Positions 38,601-52,163 of a stretch of 64,000 nucleotides of DNA are shown here, piece after piece. The first letter of the stretch is position 1; each line of letters begins with the position of its first letter. The stretch comes from Eledone cirrhosa (taxonomy: Eukaryota): contig OZ024743.1 in assembly GCA_964016885.1 (NCBI GenBank), forward strand, positions 315,766,001-315,830,000. The letters run 5' to 3'. The notes beneath the pieces were generated by a model. The model did no database searches. It saw only the letters and a list, made by a program, of their open reading frames with translations, and had not been told where the DNA came from. The position numbers and the translations under genes were made by a program.

Positions 38601-41506
38601 TTACCAGCGCGCATGGCCTACAGAGACCGGATTAGCGAACTAGTTATGCGGGCGTTGACGGGGGCCATCGTCAACAACAAGTGGTGGTTTGCTCTGAAAA
38701 GAGCAATTAGAATAGAGTCCATTAGGTTTAGTAAGACTTTAGCAATAGAGAAAAATAGAGCAGAGGGAGAATTAGTTAGAAAATTAGACGAGGCGCTTAG
38801 CAAAGGCATCGCGACCGACGTACTTGCGGCGAAATTGGCCCTTGACCAATTCTTCAATGCAAAGCACGAAGGCTGCGTTGTCAGAGCTAGGGTGCGTGCT
38901 CTCAGACACGAGGGGACGAAAGCCGTTCAATGGGCCCGAGTGGCGGAGGCGCGTCGTGGCAACAAAGCCACGATCCGGTCTTTGGTGGACCACGACGGGC
39001 GCATGCTACTCGATCCCGGGCAAATGTGTGAAGCTTTTCAGCGAACTTCGCTCAACTGTTCGGGGGCAGTGGCGGGCCGGATCGAGGGATGGACTTTAGT
39101 GTCTACCTCGACGGACTGCCGCGGCTTTCAGCCACTGAGGCGGAGTGTTGCGAAAAGCCGATAACAACCGCTGAAGTACGGGATGCAATGACTAGTTGCA
39201 CAAGGGGTAAATCGCTTGGTTTGGATGGTCTGCCCTATGAACGTTACGTACAGATGCCAAACTTGTTCGGAGGCCTCTTGGCGGATGTCTACTGCAACTG
39301 GCAAATGAACGGGAGAATTCCCAGCTCTGTGAGCCGAGGAGCGGTGGCGCTGCTGAGAAAGGATCCGAACAAGGGGGATAACATAGATAATTTTAGGCCC
39401 ATAACTCTGCTAAACACAGAGTTCAAGATATTGGCCAAGGTGCTAGCAAAGAGGTTGGCGCTTGTCGTTGGTGGTCTGGTGGGAGAGGCACAGACATGCG
39501 CCATTCCCGACAGATCCATCCACGGCAACCTCCACCTCATGCGATACATCGTAGAGAGGGTAGCTAGGGAACCTGGCACGGGTGGGTCTTTGATCAATTT
39601 AGATCAGTCGTAAGCCTTCGATAGGGTCGACCATCGTTACCTAGCGGCAGTCCTGAGGGCGGCTGGCTTTGGGCCCGTCTTCAGAGGCTGGATCGCTGCC
39701 ATGCACAGCGACATCTGCTCTGTAGTGAGAGTGAACGGTCACCTTTCGGAACCGTTCAACTTCATGCGCTCGGTCCGCCAAGGATGTCCCCTCTCGTCCC
39801 TATTGTACGTATTGACTCTCGAGCCATTACTGCACAAACTGGAGACGTTGAGGGGGGTCCCGCGCGAACTAGGATGCAGAAGATCCGTGTCAGCATATGC
39901 CGACGATGTCACCGTAGTGGTGTCGAACGCCAAACACATCGAGGCGATCGGCACTACACTAAGAGAATACGAAGCGGTGACAGGAGCAATGATCAACCAG
40001 GAAAAGTCAGTGGGCCTGCAGCTCGGCACCTGGAGAGGCAGGTCCATGCCGTCCAACAGCGTCGTCGGGCGCTGGACGGACGGACCGGTTAAATTGCTAG
40101 GGGTCTGGTTCGGTCCAGACCTCCAGACGGACAAAAACTGGGACGAGGTGACGAGCAGGGTGGCTTCTCTCACCCAGAAATGGGCCGAGAGGAAGCTATC
40201 CCTGAAAGGTCGAGCGGAGGTGGCGAATGCGTACATCGCATCCGTCATCTACTACCGCCTGACCGTCGTACCTTGTCCTAAGCCCCGCCTGACTGCGCTG
40301 GAGCGTTTGCTCTTTCGCTTCTTGTGGAAGGGACGCGCTCCGATGGTCAGGCGGTCCATCTGCTGTCAACACCCGCTACGTGGAGGGCTGGGCATGCCGT
40401 GGCTGATGATGCGCAGACACGCGCTCAGGCTACGAAATCTCCACCTCTTCCTCGACGGTGATCAGGTGTGGTCGCCGTTTGCTAGACACGTTTTTCCCCA
40501 GCTCGTCTCCTTGACGGAGCTGCAGTCCTGGGTCAAGCGAAGACCGAGAGGGAGCGCTTGGAGACTGGAATGTCTTCAGGCGCTCACAGCCCTCGACCAA
40601 TCGGGCAATGTGATCGGTGGAAACTCCATCTTGGCGTTCTATAGGGGATTAGTGGAGGGGAAGAGCGACGACGTACTTGGAGAAACTCTAGGCGTCGACG
40701 AAAATCAACTAGCCAATCTCTTCGGAAGGACTTTCGGGCCGAGGCCAATGGACAACTTCCAGAAATCCCTGGCCTGGCAGTGCTACCGAGGAGCTTTGCC
40801 AGTTCGGGATAAACTCTACAGGCATGGAGGTGCCGTCAGCCGGGCATGTCCGAGATGCGCGCAGGGCGACGAAACCGTCCTGCACGCACTCGTCCAGTGT
40901 CCGAGCATTGCTGACTTGTGGGTTTATGTCGAACACCTGCTGTCACGTGTAGGACGGATCCAGCTATCAGCTGAGTCCATCGTGAGGATTGCCCCGCCCC
41001 CTTCCTTTAGCCGGGAAGGGCAGGCAGTTTTTATCTGTCTGGTGGCCATGGCGAAAGAGATAGTATGGTGGACACGTTTGAAAGGGCTGAAGACGAGCAC
41101 TTACCTCTTCGGTGATGCCCTGATTAACTTTTTCAAATATCATTTGAAAAGGAAAATCAGGGTAGAGAGGGAAGTGCTCTCTTCCCAGCATTTTGTTGAA
41201 AGATGGGTGAGAGAAGCAAGTATGACCCGAATGAATGGGCCTTCTCTGAGTATGTGTCTGTAAATTAAAGGTGGAAAACTGGGAGAGGGCACTTGCCCTG
41301 GTGGTCAGGGCCACTGTGGTCTTTTAATGGGCTTTCTCCACAAATGTCCCTCGGAAGTCTCCCCCCAATTGGGGAATTTTTCTTTGTTACTTTATTTCAA
41401 CCTCTGTTTTTTTTACACGCAGAAATGCCCATTTGTACCGTCCTGTATTGTCCTGTACTGTCCTTAATGTCTACTTTATGTAAACCCTTGTGGTTAATAA
41501 AGAAAA

Positions 41507-41507
<1 letters not shown>
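35625..41507 (+). mobile_element. Tx1/L1-clade LINE family C copy 2, full length, disrupted
   Basis: Same termini as 19008-24833. ORF1 about 35832-37821, ORF2 37856-41263 in pieces. Confidence 0.92.
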
Positions 41508-41538
<31 letters not shown>

Positions 41539-41629
41539 CGGGGTCGATAGAATAAAGTACCAGTAATGCATTGGGTAATTGCTGGCCTTGTGCAAAAAGT
41601 AGAAACAATTATTATTATTATTATTATTT

Positions 41630-42405
41630 CATTTTATCTTGCTTTATGTTCATACGAGTTATCACCAAATCACAACCAGTGACCTCAAGAGACAACAAGG
41701 TCCGCCATGTTCAAGAAAGAATACATACACACATACATGTATTTTAGGTGTTTAGACCTGTGATGTATTTATATTGACAGAATCTTCCTTAGTATATGGG
41801 CAGTTCCCATTAGTACTATATTTTGTATTTCTTCTATACGCGGGTTTCCTGGAATTTGGGATAAGTAATCATTAGACCCCTTAGGTATCATTCCTTGATC
41901 GCCCACAACCATTGGTATTGTTTTAGTTCTCAACTGCCACATTTTTCCAATCTCTATCTCCAGGTCTTAATACTTGCTCAATTTTTAAAATGTTTTTATA
42001 GATACATTCTTGTCTATTGGAACGGACATATCACTTAGCATACATACTTTTTTTTAAAGTCCTTCTGTATTATATCAGGTATTTGCATCTATTTTTCGGT
42101 CTGTTTGGATGCTAAAGATTGAGATGTGATCTTTTTCAAGTACGGGAGGTGGTTGATGCTCCCACCAATTCTTTTGATGGGGAAGGTCAAAATGCTTACA
42201 CATTACCCAGTGTATGTGTTGTGCAGCTCTGTCGTGCCTGTTTAGGTATTCGATTGGAGCTATAGGACTGCACATTGAAATTATATGATCAATGGTCTCG
42301 GTTGTTTTTTACATACACGGCATAATAGCCATTTTTTTATTATTTTGGCTTGATAATTTTTTGTTGGCAGACACAGTCTGCCAACATCCAGAGGGTGCCA
42401 ACCAC
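41630..42405 (-). mobile_element. Diverged 3' fragment of Dong-like family B
   Basis: Similar to 33890-34720, preceded by a SINE 3' half at 41538-41608. Confidence 0.85.
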
Positions 42406-42432
42406 TTATTACTATTATTATTATTATTATTT

Positions 42433-42620
42433 AGGGCCGTGGATTGGCCGTATCGGTAGAGGGTCGGACGCCATGCTTTCCAGCATAGTTACGTCCCTTT
42501 ACGATCTGAGTTCAAATCCCGCCGAGGTTGACTTTGCCTTTCATCCTTACGGTGTCGATAACATAAAGTACCAGTAATGCACTGGGTAATTGCTGGCCTT
42601 GTGCCTAAAGTAGAAACAAT
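42433..42620 (+). mobile_element. tRNA-derived SINE
   Basis: Same family as 30341. Confidence 0.85.
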
Positions 42621-42685
42621 TATTATTATTATCATTATTTTCACTATTTGTACAAATATGCAACTTAACAATATTCTGCATATCC

Positions 42686-42723
42686 GCAATTGACAATGCA
42701 TTTAATGCTGAAACCGGTATTGT
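42686..42723 (+). ncRNA. HHR with U3-A8 core variant
   Basis: GCAA-UUGACAA-UGCAUUUAAUGCU-GAAA-CCGGUA-UUGU with palindromic stem III ACCGGU. Confidence 0.7.
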
Positions 42724-42767
42724 AAATAAATTAATGTTTTGATATTTCACTGAAAAAATCTTTTTTC

Positions 42768-42809
<42 letters not shown>

Positions 42810-42848
42810 ACACCAAAGCCTTTTACAAATTTAACACATCTTTGTTTT

Positions 42849-42935
42849 TTCCTACACACGTTTCAGTAATGAGAATCAATCTATAGTCGATAATTTCGAT
42901 TACTTAATTACGTACACTCATCGCCTCATCATGAA
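42849..42935 (-). ncRNA. Degenerate HHR (C3 to A) with long stem II
   Basis: UUC-AUGAUGA-GGCGAUGAG...CUCAUUACU-GAAAC-GUGU-GUA-GGA. Confidence 0.5.
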
Positions 42936-43032
42936 TAATTATAAAGTTAATGTAAAAGAGTCCCGCCGCCCTTAGAATGGAGAATATGAATAAAAATAAC
43001 AACAAAAATCATTTTAAACCACAATCTAATAG

Positions 43033-43445
43033 ATAATTGTTTCTACTTTTGGCACAAGGCCAGCAATTATTCCAATGTATACTGGTACTTTATTTTATCG
43101 ACCCCGTAAAGATAAAAGGCAAAGTTAACCACGGCAGGATTTGAACTAAGACCATAAAGGGCCGTAACTCTTTGCTGAAAATCATGGCGTCAGACCCTCT
43201 ACCGATACTGCCAATCCACCGCCCTTCTATCTAATAGATAATGGCATAAGGCGGACAATTTTCGGGAGCGGAAAGTCGATTAAATCTACCTCATTGCATT
43301 ACTGATACTTTAGTTTATCGACCATAGAAGGATGTAAGGCAAAGCTAACCTCGACGTAATTTGAATACAGAGCGTAAAGAGCCGTAACTCTATGCCGCAA
43401 AGCATGTTGTTAGATGCTCTGCTGCGACAACCAATCCACCGCCCT
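43033..43445 (-). mobile_element. Two tandem tRNA-derived SINEs
   Basis: Reverse complement of the 30341 family. Confidence 0.8.
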
Positions 43446-43704
43446 TACACAAACTATTAGATAATAATATCCACTCATATTTAAACAAACCATGTAAGGC
43501 CTAATGTAATGACAACTGTTATTTCAGAAACGAATGAGAGATAACCTATAAATAGTTATAGGGTATCTCCTAAATGATGTGTATAAAAATACAATCCTAG
43601 CAGATTTTACGATTGAAAACGAAAAACAAAAATATACAAATAAGCATCAAAAACGCAGGCAGCCATATGTATATATACATATAGGCAAATAATCACACAA
43701 CACT

Positions 43705-43780
<76 letters not shown>

Positions 43781-44907
43781 ACATATACATACACATACAT
43801 GTAGATACTTATGAAGACATATTGAGAAAAATATATAAGATGTTCATAGTTTACAGTACTTGAATAAATAAGAATTGCTAAGCGTAAGTGTAGATAACTA
43901 ATAGCTAGTGTTAAATCACAAGAGGTTATCAAAAATATGTATATCTAAGGAAGAACATTCAGAAAGCTGTAAATATATATTATGGTTATATTTTTATCAA
44001 AAATAATACAATGAAAATATAAATCAGGATATACTAAGTATATCCTTTGGAAATATAGGTAAAATTATCACAAGCATTAAAAAGCAAGTCTTATATATAC
44101 CTCGGCTTACGTCGTTTCGAGTTTCGTCGTTTTACAGCGGTTTTTCGTCATACTATATGACAAAAATAAACCTTGTGTTATGTCGATTGACACTATTTTA
44201 TGTGAGTCTGCCAAAAATACTAAACCATATATAACACTAAAAAAAACAATAAAGCATAAAATTACATTTAAATAAAACTTACCTGGCGCCGTGTGCTTGT
44301 AAATCGAACTTCAACAATGCTAGACCCACAACCACTAGACTCTAAACCACATGTAAATGGGTTGTGGAGAATGACTCAATCAACAAGATCCTAAACCTTT
44401 TGTTTATAGAGTGGGGGAAATTCCTCAAATCAGACCAAGGAAACAATGTTTCCATGGGTCTTTCCACTGCTGATCCTATCTACCGGTCGCAACTCCTGGC
44501 AAAAGGGTAATGTGAAATAAAGTGTCTTGCTCAAGGACATAACGCATTGCCCGGTGAGAAAATGGGCCTCGCAACCTCACGATTGCGAATCCAATTCTCT
44601 AACCATTAAGCCACCTGCCTTCACCTCATGTAAAACTGCATATTAAGTCTTCTATGAAATGTAAATCGACAGACAAGAAATTTAATCTAGCTAGTTATAG
44701 CAGAATTAATCGAATTTCAAATTTCATATCGTCGTTCACCTATTAATATCGTATCTTATAATATCGTATCATTATAAGACTATAATTCCGGCACGTTTAT
44801 ACAATGTGCGCTCCGCCGTGCAAACGACGAAGCCTCTACGTGATTGTGCTCCCTGTTAGAAATAACAGCTTCATTTCCAACATACAGCTGCCTTACTATT
44901 AAATCGT

Positions 44908-45230
44908 GACGGCGCGTGGCTTAGTGGTTAGAGCATTAGGCTTGCAATCAGAAGGCTGTGAGTTCGATTCTCGAACCGGGTGGTGCGTTGAGTCCTTGGG
45001 TAAGACCCTTTATTTCACGTTGCTCCAGTTCACTCAGCTGTAGAAATGAGTTGCGACGTCACTGGTGTCAAGCTCTATCGGCCATTACCTTTCTCTTAGA
45101 CATCATTTATGGCGTGGAGGGAGGAGGCTGGTATGCATGGGTGACTGCTGGTCTTCCTCAAACAACTTTGCCTTGAAGGGAAACTTTCTAGGTGTAAATC
45201 TCATGGTCATTCGTGACCGAAGGGGGTTTA
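44908..45230 (+). mobile_element. Second tRNA-derived SINE family
   Basis: TGGCTTAGTGG..GAGTTCGATTC, then gtccttgggtaagac..tttcacgttgctccagt. Relatives at about 44500-44620 (-) and 49140-49430 (-). Confidence 0.75.
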
Positions 45231-46239
45231 CTCTTTTACTATTAAATCATACTGAGGCTGACAACTTATGCGTTATTTTTAAGCCATATCTTTCAGCCAG
45301 GATATATAAACAATGGAATAACACGTGATTCAGCTGAAAAGTTCGACAATGAAAGAGTAATGCTAGAGCTGTGAAATCTTGCATGCATTAATTTCAACTT
45401 TTCTTATTAATAACTGAATTGTTTCTTTCCAGGGACAATGTTGGAACATAAACCTCATTTGGTCATTCGATAACAAAAAAACAAAACAAACACAAACATA
45501 TAAAAATATATACCAAGTATCTTGGTTAGCCTATGAACTTTTCAGCTTTTAGCTGTGTACCTGTAATTTAAAGGACCTGCCTTGTCACACACTGTGCCAT
45601 ACTGAATCTCCCACAGAACTACATTAACGGTACTTGTATCTGTGGAATGATAAGCTACTTACACTCTAATATGACTTGCAGGCTGTTCTTTTGATCAATC
45701 ATGAATCACATGGGAGAATGGGGCTCTGTGGTTAAGCGGATAAAATACTAATTCCTATTAAAAAAAATACATTTATCAATCGACGATACGGAGCATAAAT
45801 TTCACCATATCCTTATTAAAAGAAATATTGTTTCTGCCTTTCGTAGCAGCAAAAATATCAATTGCTATGTCGACATTTTTACCAACAGACATGCTGGCAA
45901 ATTTTAGATCAATATCTCGTAATATCGATCCACACTTTGGATATGTATTATATTGCTTCCTTACTAAACATAAAACTAATGAAGCAGGAATTGCACACAC
46001 ACACACACACACACACACTATTTGCATAATAATCCCAGACCTGTCGACTCTCCTCGTCAGACGGAAAGATTTACGATACCTATAGGGTGGGTGAGAGATG
46101 ACTTCTCTTGTGAAAATGGGTATAGCTTTCATTGCCGAGGTTAACTTTGCCTTTCATCCTTACGGGTCGATAAAATAAAGTACCAGTAATCTACTGGATA
46201 ATTGCTGGCCTTGTGCCTAACGTAGAAACAATTATGTAA

Positions 46240-46600
46240 AATCTCCCCATTTTGCCTCATTTTTCTCCGTTTTGGGGCACTTTATTTTCATGGTACTTCC
46301 CCTTTGGATTTTTAGAGGTTGGCAGGTCTGTAATCCTAGGCTGATTCCACCCTGAAGGACGCGGCCCTTGTTTATCCGGTTGATGACCAATCCAGTATGT
46401 GTTTTTATTTGAAAATATTGTGGATTTTTTTCCTTTGTTTCTTTTAGCCTTTTATTCTTCAGCGCAACGGGGTAATTTTGTTCAAGGTAAAACCTCTAGG
46501 ATAATTATCAACCAAGATTAGTAAGCTCGTCCTGCATATGAGACACGGCTCCTCAGAGCTGAGTGCCAGCCAGGTATTTCGTGGCCATGGCTTTTATCAT
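46240..46600 (-). mobile_element. Diverged 5' end of a Dong-like family B relative
   Basis: Shares ggacgcggccc, aaccaaga, gagacacggct, ggtatttc with 28440-28680. Confidence 0.6.
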
Positions 46601-46621
46601 AATATTATTAGTGCCGTGGAT

Positions 46622-46801
46622 TAGGGTGGTGGATTGGCAGAATCGGTAGAGGTATTTGCAGCATAGAGTTACGGCCCTTTACGGTCTGAGTTCAAATCCC
46701 GCCGACGCTAACTTTATCTTTCATCCTTACGGGGTCGACAAATTAAAGCACCTATAATACACTGGGATAATTGCTGGCCTTGTGCCAAAAGTAGATACAA
46801 T
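46622..46801 (+). mobile_element. tRNA-derived SINE
   Basis: 30341 family. Another 3' half lies at 46133-46232. Confidence 0.8.
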
Positions 46802-46869
46802 TATTAGTGTTGCCTTTAAAGTTTTCTTCATGTAAACCTTTTTGTGGTTAATAAAGAAAGCAGAAAGGA

Positions 46870-47600
46870 ATGCTACCTGAGATTACCGGCTGTCTTGAAA
46901 AGTTCATTTCATAGAATAAGATATCTATTATAAATGCTCATCCAATCCCAGTCGTCGCCTATGGTTGCAACATCATAAATTAGAACCTTAATGAAATAAA
47001 GGAATGGATACCAAAATTAAGAAACCTCTTACTTGAAATAAACTAAACAACCCTAAATGAAATGTGGAGGTACAAGAATGATCTAGTTTGAGCTGTCGTG
47101 CAAAATATCGACCATTGGATTCGAACAATATCTTAAAAATACAGATAACTGGACAGTAAAAATGGTTGCCGAATATAAAAGGAAGAAACATTTACATTGA
47201 ATCACAAAAGAAAGTAAATATTTGGTGGGAGAATTAGGAATACATAAAGAAAATTTTAAAAATGATGTTGATTCAAAAAATCTTGGCGAACAATTAAGGT
47301 CAACGGAAACTGCCTTAAATCGGAGCAAAACCCACTGCATGGGCTGAATGTTCTTAGTAGCAAAGAACTATATGTAGATCAAACTGTTAGCCATTAGTGT
47401 CTGCGGAGTTCTGGGCTGAAAGCAGAGACTAAGAGATTCATATTAGCTACACAAGACCAATGTCTTCCAATGCTAACGTGACCAGAAATGGGACTGATCC
47501 AAAGGCTGGGATCATTGACCACCTAGTTTCAGTCTGCAAAGTATAAGCATGATAGAGTAAGCCAATATTTGTGTTGGGTTTTGCGGCATAAATACAAAGG
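46870..47600 (+). pseudogene. Old degenerate Dong-like RT fragment
   Basis: Remnants of IPVVAY..NIIN and GLKAET..QDQCLP. Confidence 0.55.
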
Positions 47601-47609
47601 GGAGATGTT

Positions 47610-48120
47610 TCTGGTACTTATTTTATCGACTCATCGAGATTTGAACTCAGAACGTAAAGAGACGTAATTACATGACGCAAGGCATGTTGTCCGACACTCT
47701 ATTGATACTATCAATAAGATAATTGTTTCTACTTTTGGCAAAGTCCAGCAATTATCCCAGTGCATTACTGGTGCTTTATTTTATCGACCCCCGTAAGGTG
47801 AAAGGCAAAGTTAACCTCGGTGGGATTTGAATTCAGATCATAAAGGGCCGTAACTCTATGCTGCAAAGCATGGCATCCGACCCTCTACCGATACTGCCAA
47901 CTTTGATAATTGTTCCTACTTTAGGCATAAGGCCTGCAATTTGAAGGGGAGAGGAAAGTCGATTAAATTGACCCCATTGCGTTACTGGTACTTTATTTCA
48001 TCGACCCCGTAAGGATGAAAAGCAAAGCTAACCTCGGCAGGATTTAAAATCAGAATATAAAGGGCCGTAACTCTATGCCACGAAGCATGTTGTCCGATTA
48101 TCTATCGATATTGCCACTCT
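47610..48120 (-). mobile_element. Cluster of three tRNA-derived SINE copies
   Basis: Reverse complement of the 30341 family. Confidence 0.8.
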
Positions 48121-48396
48121 CCAATCTAATTTTCCATAAGATAAGAACGATAAATGAATAAATGTTTCTTCACGTCTTTACATCCCTACCCTTTAACAAG
48201 GAGCCACATAAACGATAATGCTCAGCAGTTTTGATGATCTGAAGAGGATAACGGAAAAATCTCCCCATGACAGGATATTAGTCTCACATAACATTTCCAG
48301 ATAATCTAGTGCCTGATAATCTAGTGTGTCTATGTGTGTGTGTACACGTCCATGTGTGTGTACGTCCATGTGTGTTCATATGTGAGAGTCCGTGTC

Positions 48397-48431
<35 letters not shown>

Positions 48432-50639
48432 CCGTGTTTATATTTACGTTTGTGTTCGTGTCTGTGTTTATGAACCTTATTCGGTGATTGATGCGTTGAA
48501 ATGTTGACAGATCTAGCTGAGAAAATGGAGGATTGTAATTTCATAGCTTATCCTAGATAAGATTTTCCTACCCTCAACTAATTATGTTTTTACTGAATCT
48601 GTTTGGAGTATAATCTATATCTATTATTTTTCTTTGTTCTCCTTCTTTTGCTAATTCATCTGCTTTCATGTTTCCCCAAATATCTGTAGCGTTGGGTATT
48701 CAAAGCATTGTTAATTATATATAATATACAGTGATAGATAGTTATCTATTTTTAGAAGGACCTTTCCAATATCGTAAACTGACCTCATTTTCTTGATTGA
48801 ATTTGTTCTATGTTCAATAAACTATCACAAAAATAGAAACATTGCAAAACCTTTTCCAACAGCATTTTCTTAGCCGGGTCTTTGCATGATGTTATTTGCT
48901 ACTGCTCTGCATCAAATATTGCAAAGCCGTGTTGTAATCAGAGGCACATATATTTATTATTGTTTTGAAAAGACCAACTAGCGCCACATCCTTCTTTATA
49001 GTCTTAATGTGACCCATCTGTACAACTGACTCACTTGCTAAAGTAATTCTATTTTACAATGTTATTATGGTGTCTTTTTGCTTCCTCTTTTGAATTTTGT
49101 ATTGTTATTTTAAAGGATTTTAATTGTGTCCATCTAAAAAGCCTAAAGTCTGTCTCGAGTTCTGAGGCTCATAAGGCCGACGCTTATCCCAGTTTCCGTG
49201 ATGTCAAGCGAGTGAGAGAACAAGGACCCTCTCCCTTTCCTTGAACAGGACTCTGGTCCATCGCAGTGTTAAACTCCCAGTTATTGCTGCTACTCATTTT
49301 TAGGTGAGTGTACTGAAGTAACGTGAAATGATGAGTTTTGCTCAAGAACACAACACACTACCCATTACAGGAATCGAACTTACGACATTATGATCGTAAG
49401 TACAACACTAATACCACTAGGCCACGCACCCTGGGGGATGGGGTATCCAAATATCATGTGTATCCAAATATCAGTGTTTTCTTTTCTATGTAAACTCAGT
49501 AATTAGCAATTTACATTTTTTAGATTATTCTATCAATAAGTGTTAATCGCGCTTACAGAAAAATATCTATTTTGGAAGTAAACAACTAAGTAGAGTCGTC
49601 ATTATTTGAGTGCGAAGTGTTTCAATAACTTGAAGATAGTGTTCCTATCTTTCCAAACAAAATTTAAGTGTTGATAACTCCCTTATTATATAATCTCAAG
49701 TGCTTATATATATTAGGTGGTAGTATTTCTTTGATATAACTTTAATGGCATGTCTTGTAGAGGTCATTTTTTTTTCCACTAAATACTTGAGACAAGTTTC
49801 TTATTTCAAATCAGATTGTAAGTAAATACTGATGGCTTAACGATTTTAGAAAAGAATTGAATGTAAAATAAATAAAAATATTTAATAAATAAAGATAAAT
49901 GCAATATCCATGTGAGTTATCTGATATAGAATATATAAAAAAAAATATATTTACATATAGATAACTGAAATATAAATTGCATTCGTGCAAGAAATAAGAT
50001 TCGCGAATACCACGTGAAGATTTTAAAATTGATTCTTTTTACATGTGGGACCCACAGACATAGCTACAGTGGCACACATATAAACCTTACATAGTACATA
50101 CATAAAAACTCGCACACGTGCCAGCGCGGCATAACTATTGTCTTTTGTGTTATTGATACTTCTGGTTATTGATACTTATGTCAGTGATGACAAAGTATGA
50201 CAGATCAGTGAGATAGTATGTCGTCCAACATGGATTTGGATGAAATTGAATCCTCCCGATTCCCTAATTTATATTGTGCTCATATAACATTTATTACGAG
50301 TATCAAAATATATTTAACCCACCATTTTAAGTTATGAAGTTGTTACAAAGTTATAGACCTTGAAAGTAGTAAAATATAAACATTTAAGTTTAAACATTTT
50401 TTTTCTTACTATTTCTCACATTTTTAGGAGGTTAGACGAAAGTGTTGTTATTGATTTTCATTGGCTCATGCATAAAATGAGTCCAAGCAAGCATCGAAGC
50501 CTTTATTACGAACAGCAACATTTATTTAGATTAATCTTTAAAGTTATAAAGATGGAAAAAGTTATATTCTTTGAAGAATAGTCAATGAAAACTATTCGGA
50601 AAAATCATATTCTTAATAATTGGGGATGAAGTGTGTCAG

Positions 50640-51457
50640 CTTTAGCTCCACCTTCGGGTTTGAGCTAGAACTGCTAGAACTGCATCTAACAGATGGCGTT
50701 TCTCTTCAGAACCAGGAAAGATTTCATCTCCCAACAAACTCTGGTCATCTACAATGTTCAGGTAAAACCCACAATGGAGTTGTCGTCTTACATTTGTGCC
50801 GGTACTGCTGCCAAATATACATACATTGTAGACAACAGAAAAAGACAACACGTCTGAATGGCATAAAATCACTTACTGACACGCTTCAATCCCTGCTCAA
50901 CATTCCTATCGCTATTAGAATGGCATTTGCTCCTTGGAATGGCTGACCTTATGCCATCTTCATTCAGGTATTCTGTCTCACTCTTCTGTCCCTCTCTCAT
51001 CCTTTAAGTTGAGAAAAAGCGAGTGGAGCATGCTGTTTTGAAGTATTCACTCCGTAAGCGGGACCCAAGTGCAGTGCCTGCAAACATCCAGCAGGAATTG
51101 AGGTGCAATATATGTATCCGATTTCTTCTAACAAGAGCAGTATTTTTGGACCATCTGAAATCACACGAACCAGGGAGGAATCGAGCCAGCTGTGGGATGG
51201 TTCAACCGCCACACACTCCACGGTACATTTGCAGTAAGAGTGGTTTAATTAGCAAGTCAGCTGGTATACTAACCAGACATGGTAGAATGCATGAAACCAC
51301 AACAGAGCCGGTACTGTCAGAGACAGACAGTTCAAGTGTCACATCTGTGAACGTACCTGCACAACGAAGCGGGCCTGAAAACTCCCCTGCGTGTACATGA
51401 TCGTGCAATGTTTAATGAAGGCACGGCACTCTTCTATCAAGAAGTAGCAATCACCAT
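50640..51457 (+). mobile_element. Probable RTE-like LINE 3' fragment with degenerate C2H2 fingers and (TGTA)n tail
   Basis: CNIC..HLKSH, YICS..HGRMH, followed by a (TGTA)n-type repeat. Confidence 0.5.
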
Positions 51458-51555
51458 GAATGTATGTATGAATGTAAGTATGCATGTATGTATGCATCTA
51501 TGCATCCATGTGCGTATATATGTGGGTATATATACATATATACATACACACGCAT

Positions 51556-51637
<82 letters not shown>

Positions 51638-51663
51638 TTACATATATATATATATATCGCCGT

Positions 51664-51689
<26 letters not shown>

Positions 51690-51696
<7 letters not shown>

Positions 51697-52030
51697 ATAC
51701 TTTGGGAGGGTCATGTTGCCAATAAGAAACACACGCACCAGTTGCTTTCACTTCAATTTATTATAATATATTTATAAATTTATAAATTTCTGGTTGGTTG
51801 GTTGGTTCCACAACCAGATAGTTGTTTATATATAGTCATAGTTCTTTCGTCACACACTCTATGACCTCTTCAGTGACTGGGGATTCGTTTCTTTGTTTCT
51901 GTGCCTCTCCTTTGTTCTGTCCTACGCCATTTTGTTTCTGCGTGTGTGTTGTGTGCTCAGTCTGCGCATGCGATACATCCGGTGCGTGTGTTTCTTATTG
52001 GCAACATGGCCCTCCCAAAGTATAACAATA
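51690..52030. mobile_element. Short element with about 50-bp terminal inverted repeats and an internal HHR (51835-51877, minus)
   Basis: tattgttatactttgggagg..cgcacc / ggtgcg..cctcccaaagtataacaata. GUCA-CUGAAGA-GGUCAUA..UGUGAC-GAAA-GAACUA-UGAC. Confidence 0.75.
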
Positions 52031-52085
52031 TCGGTTTCAACACACGATTTCAGATAAAGAATCTTGCTAAACAAATTCAGAAACG

Positions 52086-52163
<78 letters not shown>

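Noticed and set aside
44095-44150. DNA transposon-like terminus (similar at about 57985)
   Set aside because: No matching second terminus or transposase found
44908-44985. tRNA gene
   Set aside because: No proper acceptor stem. It continues into a SINE body that has relatives elsewhere.
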